From NCBI GenBank assembly GCA_963701995.1, contig OY969693.1:743724-807723 (forward strand): a stretch of 64,000 bases of DNA. The letters are read 5' to 3'. A program made the position numbers and the translations under genes. Positions 43,968 to 55,692 of this stretch are shown here, piece after piece. How positions within the stretch are numbered: the stretch's first letter is position 1; every line of letters starts with the position of its first letter. Source of the DNA: Methanobacteriota archaeon. GTDB lineage: Archaea; Halobacteriota; Bog-38; Methanoflorentales; Methanoflorentaceae. The notes under the pieces were generated by a model, which was not told the DNA's origin, ran no database searches, and worked only from the letters and a program-made list of their open reading frames with translations.

Positions 43968-44107
43968 GTGCGGCCATTTACCTATTGAAGCTTGCTAAGT
44001 GCGCATAGATAGGAATAACGGGCGGTTTGACGCTATTATTGACGTCGAAAAAAGCGATCACGCTTAATGTCATGTGTTCATGTAAAAACACCGACCAGGA
44101 GGGAAAG

Positions 44108-44483
44108 GTGATTGAGAAGGGATTAATCTTAACGGGCAGCGACGCGGAGTTATTGAGCCAGGCGCTTGCGGAAGTCAAAACAAAAGTCTCTGAAGAGTCC
44201 GATGCTAGTTTAGATGATACTCAAGCACTGGATGCACTCGTTTCGTGTATTAGAAATGGGGAAAAAGAAGGACAGCAGAAAGAAGGACAGCAAGCGTCGT
44301 AGCCTCTTACGCAAGCGCCTTATCTTGGGCACGCTTCTCGATAGGCAAGGCCGCGCGGATGGAAAGAAACGCATACACTTCATCCAGAGCCCGGTGTCCT
44401 TGATTCTCGCACATTTCTTCTATTTTGGCCGTGCGAGCTCACTAAGTCCTCCTTTTTTTCAGCTGCGGCAAACCGCTAGATAA
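44108..44483 (+). pseudogene. small-protein paralog B, frameshifted
   Basis: GTG start after AGGAGGG; the first 64 codons match paralogs A and C, then TAG at 44300-44302, while the conserved C-terminal segment (LRKRLILGTLLDRQGRADG) continues in another frame. Confidence 0.4.
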
Positions 44484-44703
44484 ATAGCCACATAGGTGGT
44501 ATGGAGCAATTCACTGCGGGAGCATAACGCATAGTGTCGAGGACGCCTAGAAACCAAAGCATCTCCGTTGGATCTACGGCACAGCCGAAATCATTTGCGC
44601 ACGTCCTCCAATTAGACAGATTTTTTGCCGAGAAAATCCTTTCCTAGTTCAACCAGAAAACAATTTGAAATCAAAGAATAAAGCCGGTTAGGGAGGGGTT
44701 AAT

Positions 44704-46125
44704 ATGGCCAATGAGTTCCGTAAGGAAATCGATAGTTTAGGTGAAGTCAACGTGCCTGCTGATAAGTTGTGGGGGGCGCAAACGCAACGTTCGTTGGAGC
44801 ATTTTAGTATCGCAGGCGATTTGATGCCGCGAGAGATGATTGAATCCTACGCCATATTAAAAAAAGCAGCAGCTATCGTGAATTTCCAGCTCGGCCAACT
44901 GACGGAGGACCGCCGGGATTTGATAGTCAAAGTGTGTGATGAAATTCTGGCCGGTCAACATCAGGACCAGTTTCCTCTTCACGTATGGATGACAGGAAGC
45001 GGGACTCATTTCAACATGAATGTAAATGAGGTTATTTCCAATCGCTGCTCCCAGCTAACCGGAAATCCCCTGGGCAGTAAAATACCGGTGCATCCCAATG
45101 ATCACGTTAATAGGTCACAGTCTTCAAATGACTCATTTCCGTCGGCCATGCATATTGCTGCAGCAAAAGCGATAAATCAGCGATTAATACCGTCCGTGAA
45201 ACATTTACGCGATTCGTTACACGCCAAGGCAGAAGAATGGAAGGACATTGTAAAGGTAGGCCGGACCCATATGCAGGATGCTACCCCCCTCACCTTTGGG
45301 CAGGAATTTTCTGGCTATGTAGGGTTGTTGGATGATAATCTAGACCGTTTAGATACCAATGTGCGAGAAGTATACCGTTTGGCGTTGGGAGGCACTGCAG
45401 TAGGGACAGGAATTAACGCTCCTCCGGGATTTGACGAAAAAGTGGGAGCTCAAATCGCAAAACTAACTGGCCTTCCGTTTGTAACTGCGCCAAACAAATT
45501 CGCCGTCCAAGGCTCTCATGATGCCCTGGTCATGCTGAGCGGCACCCTAAAAACCCTGGCAACGTCCCTATATAAAGTTGCTAACGATATTCGTATCTTA
45601 TGTTCTGGGCCGCGCTGTGGGTTAAATGAACTTAGTATTCCATCTAATGAGCCAGGGTCTTCTATTATGCCCGGGAAGGTCAACCCATCCCAGTGTGAAG
45701 CTTTGGCCATGGTGGCCGTGCAGGTAATGGCTAACGACATAGCAGTTGCTTTTGGTGGAGGAGGTGGTTATCTGGAAATGAACGTGTATAAGCCACTAAT
45801 AATCCACAACATTATGCATTCCATCCAAATTATGGCAGATGGGTGCCACAACTTCCGGTTGTTCCTCGTGGAAGGAGCTGAACTTAATAGAAAGCAGATT
45901 AACACCTTCTTGGAACGATCGCTCATGTTGGTAACTGCCCTTAGTCCTATTATTGGCTATGATAAAGCATCAAAAGTCGCCCACTATGCGCTCGATAATG
46001 ATTTAACGCTTAAAAAAGCTGCTATAGAGCTTGGCTGTATGCCAGAAGACGAATTTGATCGTGTGGTCGATCCGGCGAAGATGGTGTATCCCCGTGTTTC
46101 TCAGCGTGACGGTGACGGCAATTAG
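44704..46125 (+). CDS. fumC: class II fumarate hydratase (aspartase/fumarase superfamily)
   Basis: 473 aa; signature [17 protein letters not shown] and conserved [14 protein letters not shown] region. Confidence 0.9.
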   Translation: MANEFRKEIDSLGEVNVPADKLWGAQTQRSLEHFSIAGDLMPREMIESYAILKKAAAIVNFQLGQLTEDRRDLIVKVCDEILAGQHQDQFPLHVWMTGSGTHFNMNVNEVISNRCSQLTGNPLGSKIPVHPNDHVNRSQSSNDSFPSAMHIAAAKAINQRLIPSVKHLRDSLHAKAEEWKDIVKVGRTHMQDATPLTFGQEFSGYVGLLDDNLDRLDTNVREVYRLALGGTAVGTGINAPPGFDEKVGAQIAKLTGLPFVTAPNKFAVQGSHDALVMLSGTLKTLATSLYKVANDIRILCSGPRCGLNELSIPSNEPGSSIMPGKVNPSQCEALAMVAVQVMANDIAVAFGGGGGYLEMNVYKPLIIHNIMHSIQIMADGCHNFRLFLVEGAELNRKQINTFLERSLMLVTALSPIIGYDKASKVAHYALDNDLTLKKAAIELGCMPEDEFDRVVDPAKMVYPRVSQRDGDGN

Positions 46126-46202
46126 ACGCGGGAAACTGGTCTAAAATGACTATTCAACAGCAGTGAGTTCCTTTTCCGTATAACGTGTAAGGGTGGGTAG
46201 TA

Positions 46203-47906
46203 GTGATTCGGCACCACGATGTTCTCATTATCGGAGGAGGTTTGACTGGACTTCGGGCTGCCCTACGCATCTCAGATGCCGGCCTGAACGGGGCGGTAGT
46301 CTCCAAGGTGCATCCGTTGCGGTCTCATTCTGTGGCAGCCCAGGGCGGAATGAATGCCGCATTTGGGAACGTTAAGGGCGAAGATGGCACGACGGACAGC
46401 TGGAAAAGTCACGCGCGCGATACCGTTGCAGGATCTGATTATCTAGCCGACCAGGACGCCGTTGAACGCATGTGTCGTGAGGCTCCTACCGCCGTTATCG
46501 AACTCGAACACATGGGGATGGTGTGGTCAAGAATTGACAACGGAAAAATTGCACAGCGCCCTTTCGGCGGGGCAGGATTTCCAAGAACCTGTTATGCAGC
46601 AGATCGCACCGGTCACAACGCGCTCCACACCCTGTATGAACATGCGTCGCAGCGGGAAATCCCGGTTTATGAGGAGTTTATCGTCACGTCGCTCATAACT
46701 AATGACGGACGGTGCGTTGGATGCACGGCCCTGGAACTCATGACAGGCCAGGTCCACGGCCTCCTCGCAAAGGCTGTCCTCATGGCCACTGGCGGTTTTG
46801 GCCGGATATTCAACAGGTCGACAAATGCGTTAATTAGCACCGGTGACGGACAGGCCCTCGCGCTGCGTGCGGGCGCACTGCTCAAGGACATGGAGTTTGT
46901 CCAGTTCCATCCGACCACCCTTTACCGGACGAACATTTTGATCACGGAAGGGGCCCGCGGTGAGGGGGGCATCCTCCTCAACCAGAATGGCGAGCGCTTT
47001 ATGGCACGGTACGCTCCGAAGTCGATCGACCTCGCCCCGCGTGATGTGGTGGCACGGGCTATCGAACGGGAAATCGCCGAGGGAAGAGGATATGAGGGAG
47101 GTTATGTGCACCTTGACCTGCGCCATTTGGGCGCGGATCGGATCAGGGAACGGTTGCCAGGGATACGGCAGATCGCGATGGATTTTGCTGGTGTCGATCC
47201 TATCCAGGATCCGGTGCCGATCCAACCAGGTCAGCACTACTCTATGGGCGGTATTGATGTCGATATCAACGGCGCCAGCACACTTCCGGGCCTCTACGCT
47301 GCAGGTGAGTGTGCCTGTGTCAGTGTCCACGGAGCGAACCGGCTTGGTGGAAATTCTCTCGTGGAAACCGTAGTATTCGGACGGCTGGTCGCCGAGAAAA
47401 TCATCGAGGATGTTGCCCAAATCACCCCTCCCGATAATGGGCCGGCAAAAGCCGCCGTGACGCGTGTAAACGCTAGAATCGGCGGCATACTTCGACGTGA
47501 GGGAGGAGAACGCGTCTTTATGATTAGGGATATGATGACCGACACGATGTCCACCAAATTCGGAATATTCCGTGAAGAACAGAAGATGCAGGAAGGCCTC
47601 GACGAGATCAAAAAAATGCAGGAACGTGTTTCCCACGCTTCGCCCCAGAACAAAGAGCGCCAATTAAACCAGGCACTTGTACGGTTCTTGGAGCTGGAGG
47701 GAATGCTCCTCCTGGCTGAGGCAGTTGCCCGTGGGGCGCTTGCCCGGGAGGAGAGCAGGGGTTCCCACACGAGGAAGGATTACCCCGAACGCGACGATCA
47801 TAACTTCCTCAAACACACGCTGGTGGGATTGCGAGACGAAACAATGTATGTTTCGTATAAGCCCGTTGCGTTAGGCGTGTTTGAGCCACAGGAGCGCGTT
47901 TACTGA
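46203..47906 (+). CDS. sdhA: succinate dehydrogenase / fumarate reductase flavoprotein subunit
   Basis: 567 aa; FAD-binding DVLIIGGGLTGLRAAL, RSHSVAAQGG FAD-attachment region, and HGANRLGGNSL active-site motif; GTG start. Confidence 0.9.
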   Translation: MIRHHDVLIIGGGLTGLRAALRISDAGLNGAVVSKVHPLRSHSVAAQGGMNAAFGNVKGEDGTTDSWKSHARDTVAGSDYLADQDAVERMCREAPTAVIELEHMGMVWSRIDNGKIAQRPFGGAGFPRTCYAADRTGHNALHTLYEHASQREIPVYEEFIVTSLITNDGRCVGCTALELMTGQVHGLLAKAVLMATGGFGRIFNRSTNALISTGDGQALALRAGALLKDMEFVQFHPTTLYRTNILITEGARGEGGILLNQNGERFMARYAPKSIDLAPRDVVARAIEREIAEGRGYEGGYVHLDLRHLGADRIRERLPGIRQIAMDFAGVDPIQDPVPIQPGQHYSMGGIDVDINGASTLPGLYAAGECACVSVHGANRLGGNSLVETVVFGRLVAEKIIEDVAQITPPDNGPAKAAVTRVNARIGGILRREGGERVFMIRDMMTDTMSTKFGIFREEQKMQEGLDEIKKMQERVSHASPQNKERQLNQALVRFLELEGMLLLAEAVARGALAREESRGSHTRKDYPERDDHNFLKHTLVGLRDETMYVSYKPVALGVFEPQERVY

Positions 47907-48676
47907 TGAACCTGAAAGTGTACCGATACCGTGAGGGAATGGCTGCGCCCCGTTACGATACCTTTGAGCTGGTGCCAAGTCCAGGAATGACGGTGTTGGA
48001 GGCTTTATTCGTGGTCCAGGAACAGCTCGATGATTCACTCGCATTTCATTATTCCTGCCGTGGAGCAGTCTGTGGAACCTGTGCGATGTTAATCAACAAA
48101 GTCCCCCGCCTGGCGTGCCGTACCCAAGTCGAATCTCTCCTGAAGGGAGCCCTCAAGGTCGCTCTTGCCCCGTACCCGGCACTTAGCGAGATTGTGCCGT
48201 GGGATCCCGAAAAAGAGGTTTTGGTGGAGCCCCTTCCCCATTTGCCTGTCATCAAGGATCTTATTGTGGATATGGATGTATTTTTCCGGTTCTACCGGTT
48301 CATAGAACCAGTTTTTCGATCACGCGATGCCACTCCTGAAAAGGAGCGGCTGATGGATCCTGCCGCTGTTAAGAAGCTCGAAGTGTACACGAACTGCATT
48401 CTGTGCGCCGCGTGTCACGGCGCCTGTCCCGTTGCAGGACAAAATCCCAGGTACCTCGGACCTGCTGCCCTCGCCAAACTCTACCGCTTTCACATTGACT
48501 CGCGAGAGGTTGAACAAAACAACTCAATACTCAAACGAGCAGACGTACCAGATGGCTGGTGGGCCTGTGAAATGTATGGGAACTGTAACCTGGTGTGCCC
48601 CAAAGGCGTTCCCCCCAGAACCGCAATCGCAAAAGCCGTGGCAGCACTGCACAGAGAGAGAAAAGAAGCCGATTAA
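47906..48676 (+). CDS. sdhB: succinate dehydrogenase / fumarate reductase iron-sulfur subunit
   Basis: 256 aa; 2Fe-2S motif CRGAVCGTC and two Cys clusters (CILCAACHGACP, CEMYGNCNLVCP); ATG overlaps the sdhA TGA by 1 nt. Confidence 0.88.
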   Translation: MNLKVYRYREGMAAPRYDTFELVPSPGMTVLEALFVVQEQLDDSLAFHYSCRGAVCGTCAMLINKVPRLACRTQVESLLKGALKVALAPYPALSEIVPWDPEKEVLVEPLPHLPVIKDLIVDMDVFFRFYRFIEPVFRSRDATPEKERLMDPAAVKKLEVYTNCILCAACHGACPVAGQNPRYLGPAALAKLYRFHIDSREVEQNNSILKRADVPDGWWACEMYGNCNLVCPKGVPPRTAIAKAVAALHRERKEAD

Positions 48677-48929
48677 ACTGGAATTTGTCCAAAAAAATAG
48701 GAAATAGAACGAGTTCACGGATTTGCGTCGAATGTGCTGGCTATTTGAAGCTCAAATTGTGCTTGAAACTGCAAATCACCTACGTAATGCAACAAGCGGA
48801 GATCAAAGGCAGCCTCAAGCCAGGCATGGAAGCAGCGGTAGTCCGGATACGTCGCTCCTATGAAGATCCGATCAGCAGGAGTTAGCGATGATATAATCTC
48901 AAAAAAAAAACGGTTAAGGGGGGAAAACG

Positions 48930-49982
48930 TTGGAAACGGATTTGACTTATTACCGGCGTCAGGCACGAGAGAAGCTCACGCGCATATGCGGCGTTTATCC
49001 AGTGTGCGACGGTGATCCAGATCACATATGCACTGGACAGAAATATGGTGCCCTCATAGGACTCGGAGGTGCAGGACAGGCCAAGACATTTGAGGCAAAC
49101 TACAGAGCCCTGCAACAGTACCGGCTGAAAATGCGGGTGATCAAGGCTCATCACGAGCCAGAGATGTCCATTTCAATCTTTGGAACGGAGCTCACGGCCC
49201 CGGTTATGGGGGCAGCTATGTCAGGCGTGAAAACCAACTTGAATGATGCGATGCCCGAAGAAGAGTTTTATTGGGGTCTCTTGAAGGGAGCTCAGGCGTT
49301 CGGGACCATCGGCATGGTGGGAAACACCCCAACAAGTCCCGAAGACTTGGGGGTCGCCACCGTGGGGAAGAACCAAGGGTGGGGAATCCCGTCCCTTAAA
49401 CCCCAGGCCCAGGATCGATTGATCAAGCTCTTCCAGCTGGCAGAAAAACTGGACGTGATTGCCATTGAAGTTGATCTGGAAGGCGCGGGGTCTACATCTT
49501 GGACCACGCCGGAAAAAAGGGTTTACCGGAAGAATGAGAACGAGTTACAGGAACTCGTAGACTGCACCCGAAAACCCGTTATCTTCAAGGGTATTATGAG
49601 CACGGAAGACGCAGTTAAGGTGGTGGATTCCGGCGCAAGTGCGTGTTATGTATCGAATCACGGGGGCAGAGTCCTGGACTGCGGCCAGGGGGTGGCAGAG
49701 GTCCTTCCTGACATCGCGGAGGAGATTTCAGGAAAGATCCCCATACTGGCGGACGGAACGGTGCGAACTGGATTTGACGTGCTCAAGATCCGGGCTCTTG
49801 GTGCGGATGTAGCCCTCATCGGCCGGCCCCTCGCACAAGTGTGCATTGGAGGGGGATACGTGGCGGTACAGATGTATTTTGATTACGTTAAGGATGATCT
49901 TCGCCGGGCGATGCTGTTGACGGGATGTAATACGCTCAAAGACGCCAACATGAATATTCTGGACAAATTAGCGCATCCATAA
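48930..49982 (+). CDS. FMN-dependent alpha-hydroxy-acid dehydrogenase/oxidase family protein
   Basis: 350 aa; VSNHGGRVLD and GADVALIGRP motifs of the FMN_dh fold; unusual Cys-containing N-terminus (CGVYPVCDGDPDHIC). Confidence 0.75.
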   Translation: METDLTYYRRQAREKLTRICGVYPVCDGDPDHICTGQKYGALIGLGGAGQAKTFEANYRALQQYRLKMRVIKAHHEPEMSISIFGTELTAPVMGAAMSGVKTNLNDAMPEEEFYWGLLKGAQAFGTIGMVGNTPTSPEDLGVATVGKNQGWGIPSLKPQAQDRLIKLFQLAEKLDVIAIEVDLEGAGSTSWTTPEKRVYRKNENELQELVDCTRKPVIFKGIMSTEDAVKVVDSGASACYVSNHGGRVLDCGQGVAEVLPDIAEEISGKIPILADGTVRTGFDVLKIRALGADVALIGRPLAQVCIGGGYVAVQMYFDYVKDDLRRAMLLTGCNTLKDANMNILDKLAHP

Positions 49983-51339
49983 TTCGGCTATTCGATGGTT
50001 GTAGACCAACCTGCGGCGATTGTCGACGCAAATTGCACGCGCCTCGCTTTTTTCTGCGTGCGCTTTTGCCTGATGGCGTTTTGAATCACGACGCCTCACA
50101 GCGGCGATCTTCCGTTTGAGCTCCACGGAATCTTCTTTATCGCGTCATTAGCAACGCGTTCTGCTCGCCATGCGAGACATGCTCATTTCAATGGAAGCAG
50201 CTGTTCGTTTTGCTTACGACGCAGAGCCTGAGCTTCATAAGCCGAGGTGTGAGTGCTGCGCCTGCAACTGAGCATCGTAAAACAGCTGATCGCACGATGC
50301 GTCGGGTTTATACGGCATTGCTCTCACCCCTCCGGCACGAGTTCGTAGTTCACGAGCACATTGTCCACAAACACGAAGCGCAGTAAACACCCGTACCGGT
50401 CGGTTTCAGAGACATCTTTGACAAGGGTAACGGTTTTGCTCGCATCCTGCTCTCAATCCCTTGCGGTGGCTTCAGGCCCAAGCCATTCTTTCTTCGTAGT
50501 ATCTTACGCGTGTCGATTCCAATGCACAGCACCTCGTATTTCGATCGCCTGCTCGGATAGGTTCCTGCCTTTCCGTAGATCTTATCACAAACGCTTCGGT
50601 CCGACCTTGCGTTTTTATGCGTGAAGCGAGCTGCACGCCCACGTCATAGTACTCGGCAAGCTCGTTTTCTGACGGCACGAAATACGTTTCCAGCTCTTGG
50701 AGCACCTCAAAGCCACAGGCTGAAACGGCTTTTGCGAGCTTCGCGGCCCCGCCGAAACCGACGGCTTGAGATATGAAGTGCATTAATTAAGGCACGCATG
50801 TGCATCCATATAGTGCAATGATGTCTTATATGGAACCATACGACTGAGACTATTTATGTGGCAAAAATCTGGAGAAGTTGACACAGCAGAAGAAGTGTGT
50901 ACTGACGGGTTTCCGTAATGTGAGTGAGGGATAAAATGATTAAATCTACCCATACATTGAAAGATTATAAAACTCTGGTTAAACTGATTACAGAATTGTG
51001 CGAGAAAGGAGCAAACCAAAGTGCCAAAGATAATCGTGACTCAGTGGACACCGCTGCTTCTTTTGCAAATGGGCGATATGTTGCCTACCTGGAAGTGTTA
51101 AATCTGATTGTTAATTATAAAAAAGAGGACAAAGAATGAACTGGGGCCGGACCAACTTAGAGAACGCCGCGCAGCGTGTTTTACCCTCTCCGTAGTTCCT
51201 AGCTCGTTGTTTCTTTTTAAGATTTAAAGGCTGCAGCATCGTCCGTTTCAGGAGTATGTCTGCACCACTTTATAGTGATAGGCCCCCAGATGCCCCTGCA
51301 ACGTGGTAAAGCCATAGTACGCCATCAATATGGTTCGTC

Positions 51340-51831
51340 ACGGTTGCAATTTGGAGCGCGATTCGTCGAGGTGTAGCAGGACCAAGAAATCAGTCCACAA
51401 ATCGACAAAAATTCAACCTCAGACCGTCAAAAGTGGGGGCTCTGGGCCAGGAGGGAGCCAGCGTGACAGCCCATGGCCCAGACGATCTGCTTCACCACTG
51501 CCCCCCAAAGGAGATAATACGTGGTGTTGCGGCACTAAAGACCCGCGAAGTAGCATAAACGTTTCCGGTGTTTGATGACGACTGGCGCAAAAACGCGTGC
51601 CGGGGCGAATGAAACACACGGAGATCCGCTCGGTCGAGGCATAAGGCGCTGCTATGAGTATGAGGTCAAACGCGTGAGGTGTCACGTCAACAGAACCTAC
51701 ATCTCTCCTGCAGCGGCCTTACGCGCGTTTACCAGTATTTTCTTTCCATATAAACGTAGGGAGCTCAGAGCGGGCGATCTCTTAAAAAATAACGCTCCAA
51801 AGCATTGTAAAACCTGCAATGGCTCCGAAAA
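51340..51831. repeat. composite repeat (degenerate R3 3' part + R4), copy 1
   Basis: 51397-51831 aligns with 59041-59526 at about 80% identity with indels; reading frames are not conserved between copies. Confidence 0.55.
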
Positions 51832-52562
51832 CACTGGTGCAAAATTGACGAGAGATTATGCGAACGGTCCGGTCTCGTCGCTGATGCTTAGTGGTCAGCA
51901 TCCGTTTGTTTCGAGCCGTGGCTCCGGAACCATCTAATGATACACTTGATATAGAGATGCTGATAAGAAGGTCACGCGATAAAGCGACAAAAGACTTTTT
52001 GTCGCCATCATACTAGTTTACGGAGAAAATTCGGGCTGATATCGGATGACCCAAGCCTGCCGGCCGTCCATGCAATGAACAAGTCAGCGATGGTGCTAAT
52101 GTCTGTGCGAGGTGAGGTGCGTTGGACGATAGCTTGCGCGACGCCGAAATTGCGTTGGATCTAGATAAGAACATCTGTCCGGCATGTGGCGTGGCGTATA
52201 CTGAAGAGACGAAGTTCTGTCAGAACTGCGGCAAAAGACTCGAGGTCGCCCCCGCTAAACGAGAGAGAAAATTTCTGCTCTGGCTGCGGCGCCTATTACG
52301 TCGAACACGCTGAAATTTGCCGCAGCTACAGAAAAGCATTTGCGCCTGCGCCTCGAGAAATCGGCCTACGTGCAAACGGTGAATTGGAAGATTGGCGCTT
52401 ATGCCACCTTATAACGATCCTTAAACCTGCACCACCATTTAAGTGTGAAAAAATGCAAAAATGGAGGGGGCTCCCGACAAAAAAATGGGAAATGCGTATT
52501 TACATCAATCAGAATGTTTTTTTGGCGCGCTCTCAAGCGCGTCGACAAGGAGTTGAAATACA

Positions 52563-52781
52563 ATGTGGGAAGATCCTGAAAGTGGACCAGGAATGCGACA
52601 CGGCATGGGAAAAGGAAGAGGGATGATGATGATGTGGGAGAAGCTCGACGACAACGCGAAGAAGATGCTCGCCACACGAATGCTTGATGAGCGCATCCTG
52701 AAGAAAGAACTTAAGATCAAGTACTTGGAGCACAAAGTCGAGACCCTAAAGATGATGAAAACGTGGATAGAAAAGATGTGA
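52563..52781 (+). CDS. small DUF5320-like protein
   Basis: 72 aa; Gly/Met-rich N-terminus (GPGMRHGMGKGRGMMMMWEK) followed by a charged helix. Confidence 0.3.
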   Translation: MWEDPESGPGMRHGMGKGRGMMMMWEKLDDNAKKMLATRMLDERILKKELKIKYLEHKVETLKMMKTWIEKM

Positions 52782-52926
52782 GCTCTGCTGGCAGCGCCGT
52801 ATCTGCTGCACTGCCTCGCTCGAGCGAGGACTGCTTACGACAAAAGGTAGGTAATCTTTGCCCGAGAAAGTTCTTTTTTAAAGAAGACCTAAAGAAAAAG
52901 ATCCGCAGCGTTTATGGGGTGAAAGA

Positions 52927-53598
52927 ATGGGAAGGCTTACTCAATACAGCGCGCCAAACCTTTCCGCCGAGGCTCAAGTTGACTCTGAGAACTGGAATCA
53001 GCAGCCGTCGGCCAGCATAGTGGCGCAGGCCGTCGAAAATATCCAACGGCGTGGCCTGGCAGTAGTTCGAGCACACAATGGCGAGATTGCGCTCGAAAGG
53101 CTCAAAGAGCTGATTCCGCCCGGAGCCGAGGTCATGAGTGGTGCCTCAACGACGTTGCTCGAGATTGGCTACGATGAATACGTTAACAGCGACAGATCAC
53201 GATGGAACGATCTCCATCGCGCTATCGTCGCAGAGAACGACGAAAAAAAGAGGCACGAGCTACGTAGAAAATCTATTACTGCTGATTACTTCGTCTCCGG
53301 CGTCAACGCCATCGCACAGTCAGGCGAAATTGTCGCGTGCGACGAGTCGGGGAGTCGCGTAGGGGCGTGGGCGTTTGCGGCGGATCACCTGATACTTGTC
53401 AGCGGCACGAACAAAATTGTCCCAACGCTTGGCGATGCATTGCGCCGCGTCCGTGAGTACGCGTATCCCCTAGAAAATGTCCGCGCGAAACGAGCGTACG
53501 GAACGCCAAGTCAGCTCGACAAGTGGGTGATTCTTGCAAATGAGGAAACTGAGGGCCGAGTGACCCTCATACTCATCGACGAGTCGCTCGGATATTGA
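52927..53598 (+). CDS. LUD-domain (lactate-utilisation LutC-like, DUF162) protein
   Basis: 223 aa; ADYFVSGVNAIAQSGEIV and ADHLILVSGTNKIVPTL segments typical of the LUD fold. Confidence 0.7.
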   Translation: MGRLTQYSAPNLSAEAQVDSENWNQQPSASIVAQAVENIQRRGLAVVRAHNGEIALERLKELIPPGAEVMSGASTTLLEIGYDEYVNSDRSRWNDLHRAIVAENDEKKRHELRRKSITADYFVSGVNAIAQSGEIVACDESGSRVGAWAFAADHLILVSGTNKIVPTLGDALRRVREYAYPLENVRAKRAYGTPSQLDKWVILANEETEGRVTLILIDESLGY

Positions 53599-53767
53599 GA
53601 TGGCTTGCCTCGCTAAAATCGAACTTAATCTGCCGCTGTTGATAGCCGGAGACATCGGCAGTCCTCGGGCACGAATCGATGAGCCCCGACCAATCCATTT
53701 AGATTGCACTAGCGAACCATCGGCGCAATGCCGGATGCTTGGACAAAAAGGATGATAAAGGCCGACG

Positions 53768-55063
53768 ATGACCCAGAAAACGCAAGGGCCGAGGGACATA
53801 ACGATTGTGCCCCAAATCCCACTCCTCGGACCTGAAAGCTCATATTTCGTTGATAAATGGAAAAAAGAGAACAGGATAGAAGACCTCTATGATCTTGTCC
53901 ATGTCTATGTGCGTTCACACGTCATGAGAGCGATCGCATTAGATCGGCCACAAATACAAACCCTCTTGCGTCGCTTCTTGCCATCAAAACCAGGCAATGC
54001 GCCCTATTCCGATGGCGTGACGATAACGTCAGAAAGGATGCAAGACATATACACAGCAGTCATTTCCAATGAAGAATCAGAATTAGGGTTCCTTGATTAT
54101 GGGGGTGCCGGCTTCTTCTTTGCCGTCATCTTTGACCATTCAACGCTGGAAAAGATGATACGAGACACAGTTGAACGGCCTGAGGTGGCAGACATGGTAA
54201 AAGAGCTCGAGGCTAGGGGACGTAGCCTTGGGGATCTTTTAGAGTGGCAAGAAATAGGGCTCAGAATCCACGGTGAGGATTACTTCCTAAAATACGGCTT
54301 TTTGTCAGCGCGTGACCTGAATGATATAGAGGCCATCTGCAGACAACTCGATCGTGATTATGTCTCTTCAGATACGCTCGCCGTCTGCACATACTACTGT
54401 ATTCTGAGATTGCTCGGGGCGATGAATAACGTCCTTAGGGCACGTGGCCCGTTTACTCTGGCTGACCTACAGACCGATGAACTACTCCAAAATTTGTTTT
54501 TTTCCAGAGTGCGCTATATACTGCACTATACCGGACCCCTGACCAACTACGCACTGTTGCGGATGCTCACTCTGCTGGGAGGCGAGGCTCTACCGGCGAG
54601 GCAAACGGGCGAACACCAGATGACGTTCTCAAGCGATGCGGGATTCAGCATTAGCTATCCCGGAGAATGGATGATCGATACGACCGATCCATCCGTGTCC
54701 GTGAAACTCTACATCTATGCGGCTCACGCCAACGTGGGCGCCGTCAGTGTCGAGGCGGCCGACCTTGCATCAGGCGCGACGTTTGACGATTTCATCAACG
54801 CTAACCTCGAGAATCTGACGAATCTCAGAGATTTCGCACTTATCTCAAGTGAGAGCATTACCTTCGCCGATCAGCGCGCCTGCAAAGTGGTCTGGCAAGC
54901 GACCATTCCCGTTCAGCTCACCGATACCCAAATCAAGGCGATGCAGATTTTTGTTATGAAGAACGGAAAGGGATACGTGGTTACCTACGAGGCGATGCCG
55001 AGAGACTTTGACTCGCACCTGTCAGAAGCGCAAGAGGTAATAGGTTCGTTTACGTTCACTTAG
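53768..55063 (+). CDS. hypothetical protein with C-terminal DcrB/DUF1795 (PsbP-like) domain
   Basis: 431 aa; C-terminal 140 aa (FSISYPGEWMID...KNGKGYVVTYEA) resemble the DUF1795 fold; the N-terminal 290 aa are unassigned. Confidence 0.55.
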   Translation: MTQKTQGPRDITIVPQIPLLGPESSYFVDKWKKENRIEDLYDLVHVYVRSHVMRAIALDRPQIQTLLRRFLPSKPGNAPYSDGVTITSERMQDIYTAVISNEESELGFLDYGGAGFFFAVIFDHSTLEKMIRDTVERPEVADMVKELEARGRSLGDLLEWQEIGLRIHGEDYFLKYGFLSARDLNDIEAICRQLDRDYVSSDTLAVCTYYCILRLLGAMNNVLRARGPFTLADLQTDELLQNLFFSRVRYILHYTGPLTNYALLRMLTLLGGEALPARQTGEHQMTFSSDAGFSISYPGEWMIDTTDPSVSVKLYIYAAHANVGAVSVEAADLASGATFDDFINANLENLTNLRDFALISSESITFADQRACKVVWQATIPVQLTDTQIKAMQIFVMKNGKGYVVTYEAMPRDFDSHLSEAQEVIGSFTFT

Positions 55064-55201
55064 CGTCACCCGTCCTTTGCCGCGTTCATAGCTCGCCTAC
55101 TCAAGGCCACAATGACCTGTTGCGCGATACTACTGGCACGCATCATCAGCTCAACCAGTTGGCGAAGCGGAGTCCTTATTGTATCCTCTCAGCTGTCTCG
55201 T

Positions 55202-55246
55202 GACTAGCGCCAAAACGCCTCAAAATTAGAAGCTTTAGCCTGCGAA
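55202..55246. repeat. short dispersed repeat R5, copy 2
   Basis: Matches 42346-42390. Confidence 0.5.
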
Positions 55247-55692
55247 TGATTCCGAACGTGCCCTGATACGGTCAATGGCTCGAGATGAGTTTGTCGTTGC
55301 CGCGGGGGCCATGGGGATGAGCGGTGCGCAGCTACGACAGGACTTCAACGGTGGCATGTCCATCGCCGAGATGGCTGCCAGCGCGGGCGTAGCATTGGAA
55401 CCGATAATCGCTGCAATTGTCAGCGATGCTTCAGCCCGGATCGACCGAGCGGTCGTGCTGGGATCAGTCGAGCAAGATGATGGTAATTCAGCAAAATCTA
55501 AGTTACGCGCGTGGGCCGAGCGACTGGTCCTCATCCATAAGGGGACCTCCCCCAGTAGCCGATATTGAAGGCAGCAGTTAATTCCAGCGAACCATGATCG
55601 GCAACCGCATAGGAGCAGAACTTTAGCCCATTTCCGTCGTTTAACAGCAGTTAAGCTTTTATTTGCACTCGGTTTCTTTTTAAGCGATCGCT

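Noticed and set aside
50472-50783. 103-aa minus-strand ORF as a gene
   Set aside because: No start context, no motif, and it lies in a region of fragmentary frames; possibly a decayed gene, too uncertain to annotate.
51397-51831. Repeat R4 as a protein-coding gene (track ORFs 51330-51575 plus, 51419-51685 minus)
   Set aside because: The two R4 copies differ by indels that break every frame; apparent peptide similarity is explained by about 80% nucleotide identity. Treated as non-coding repeat.
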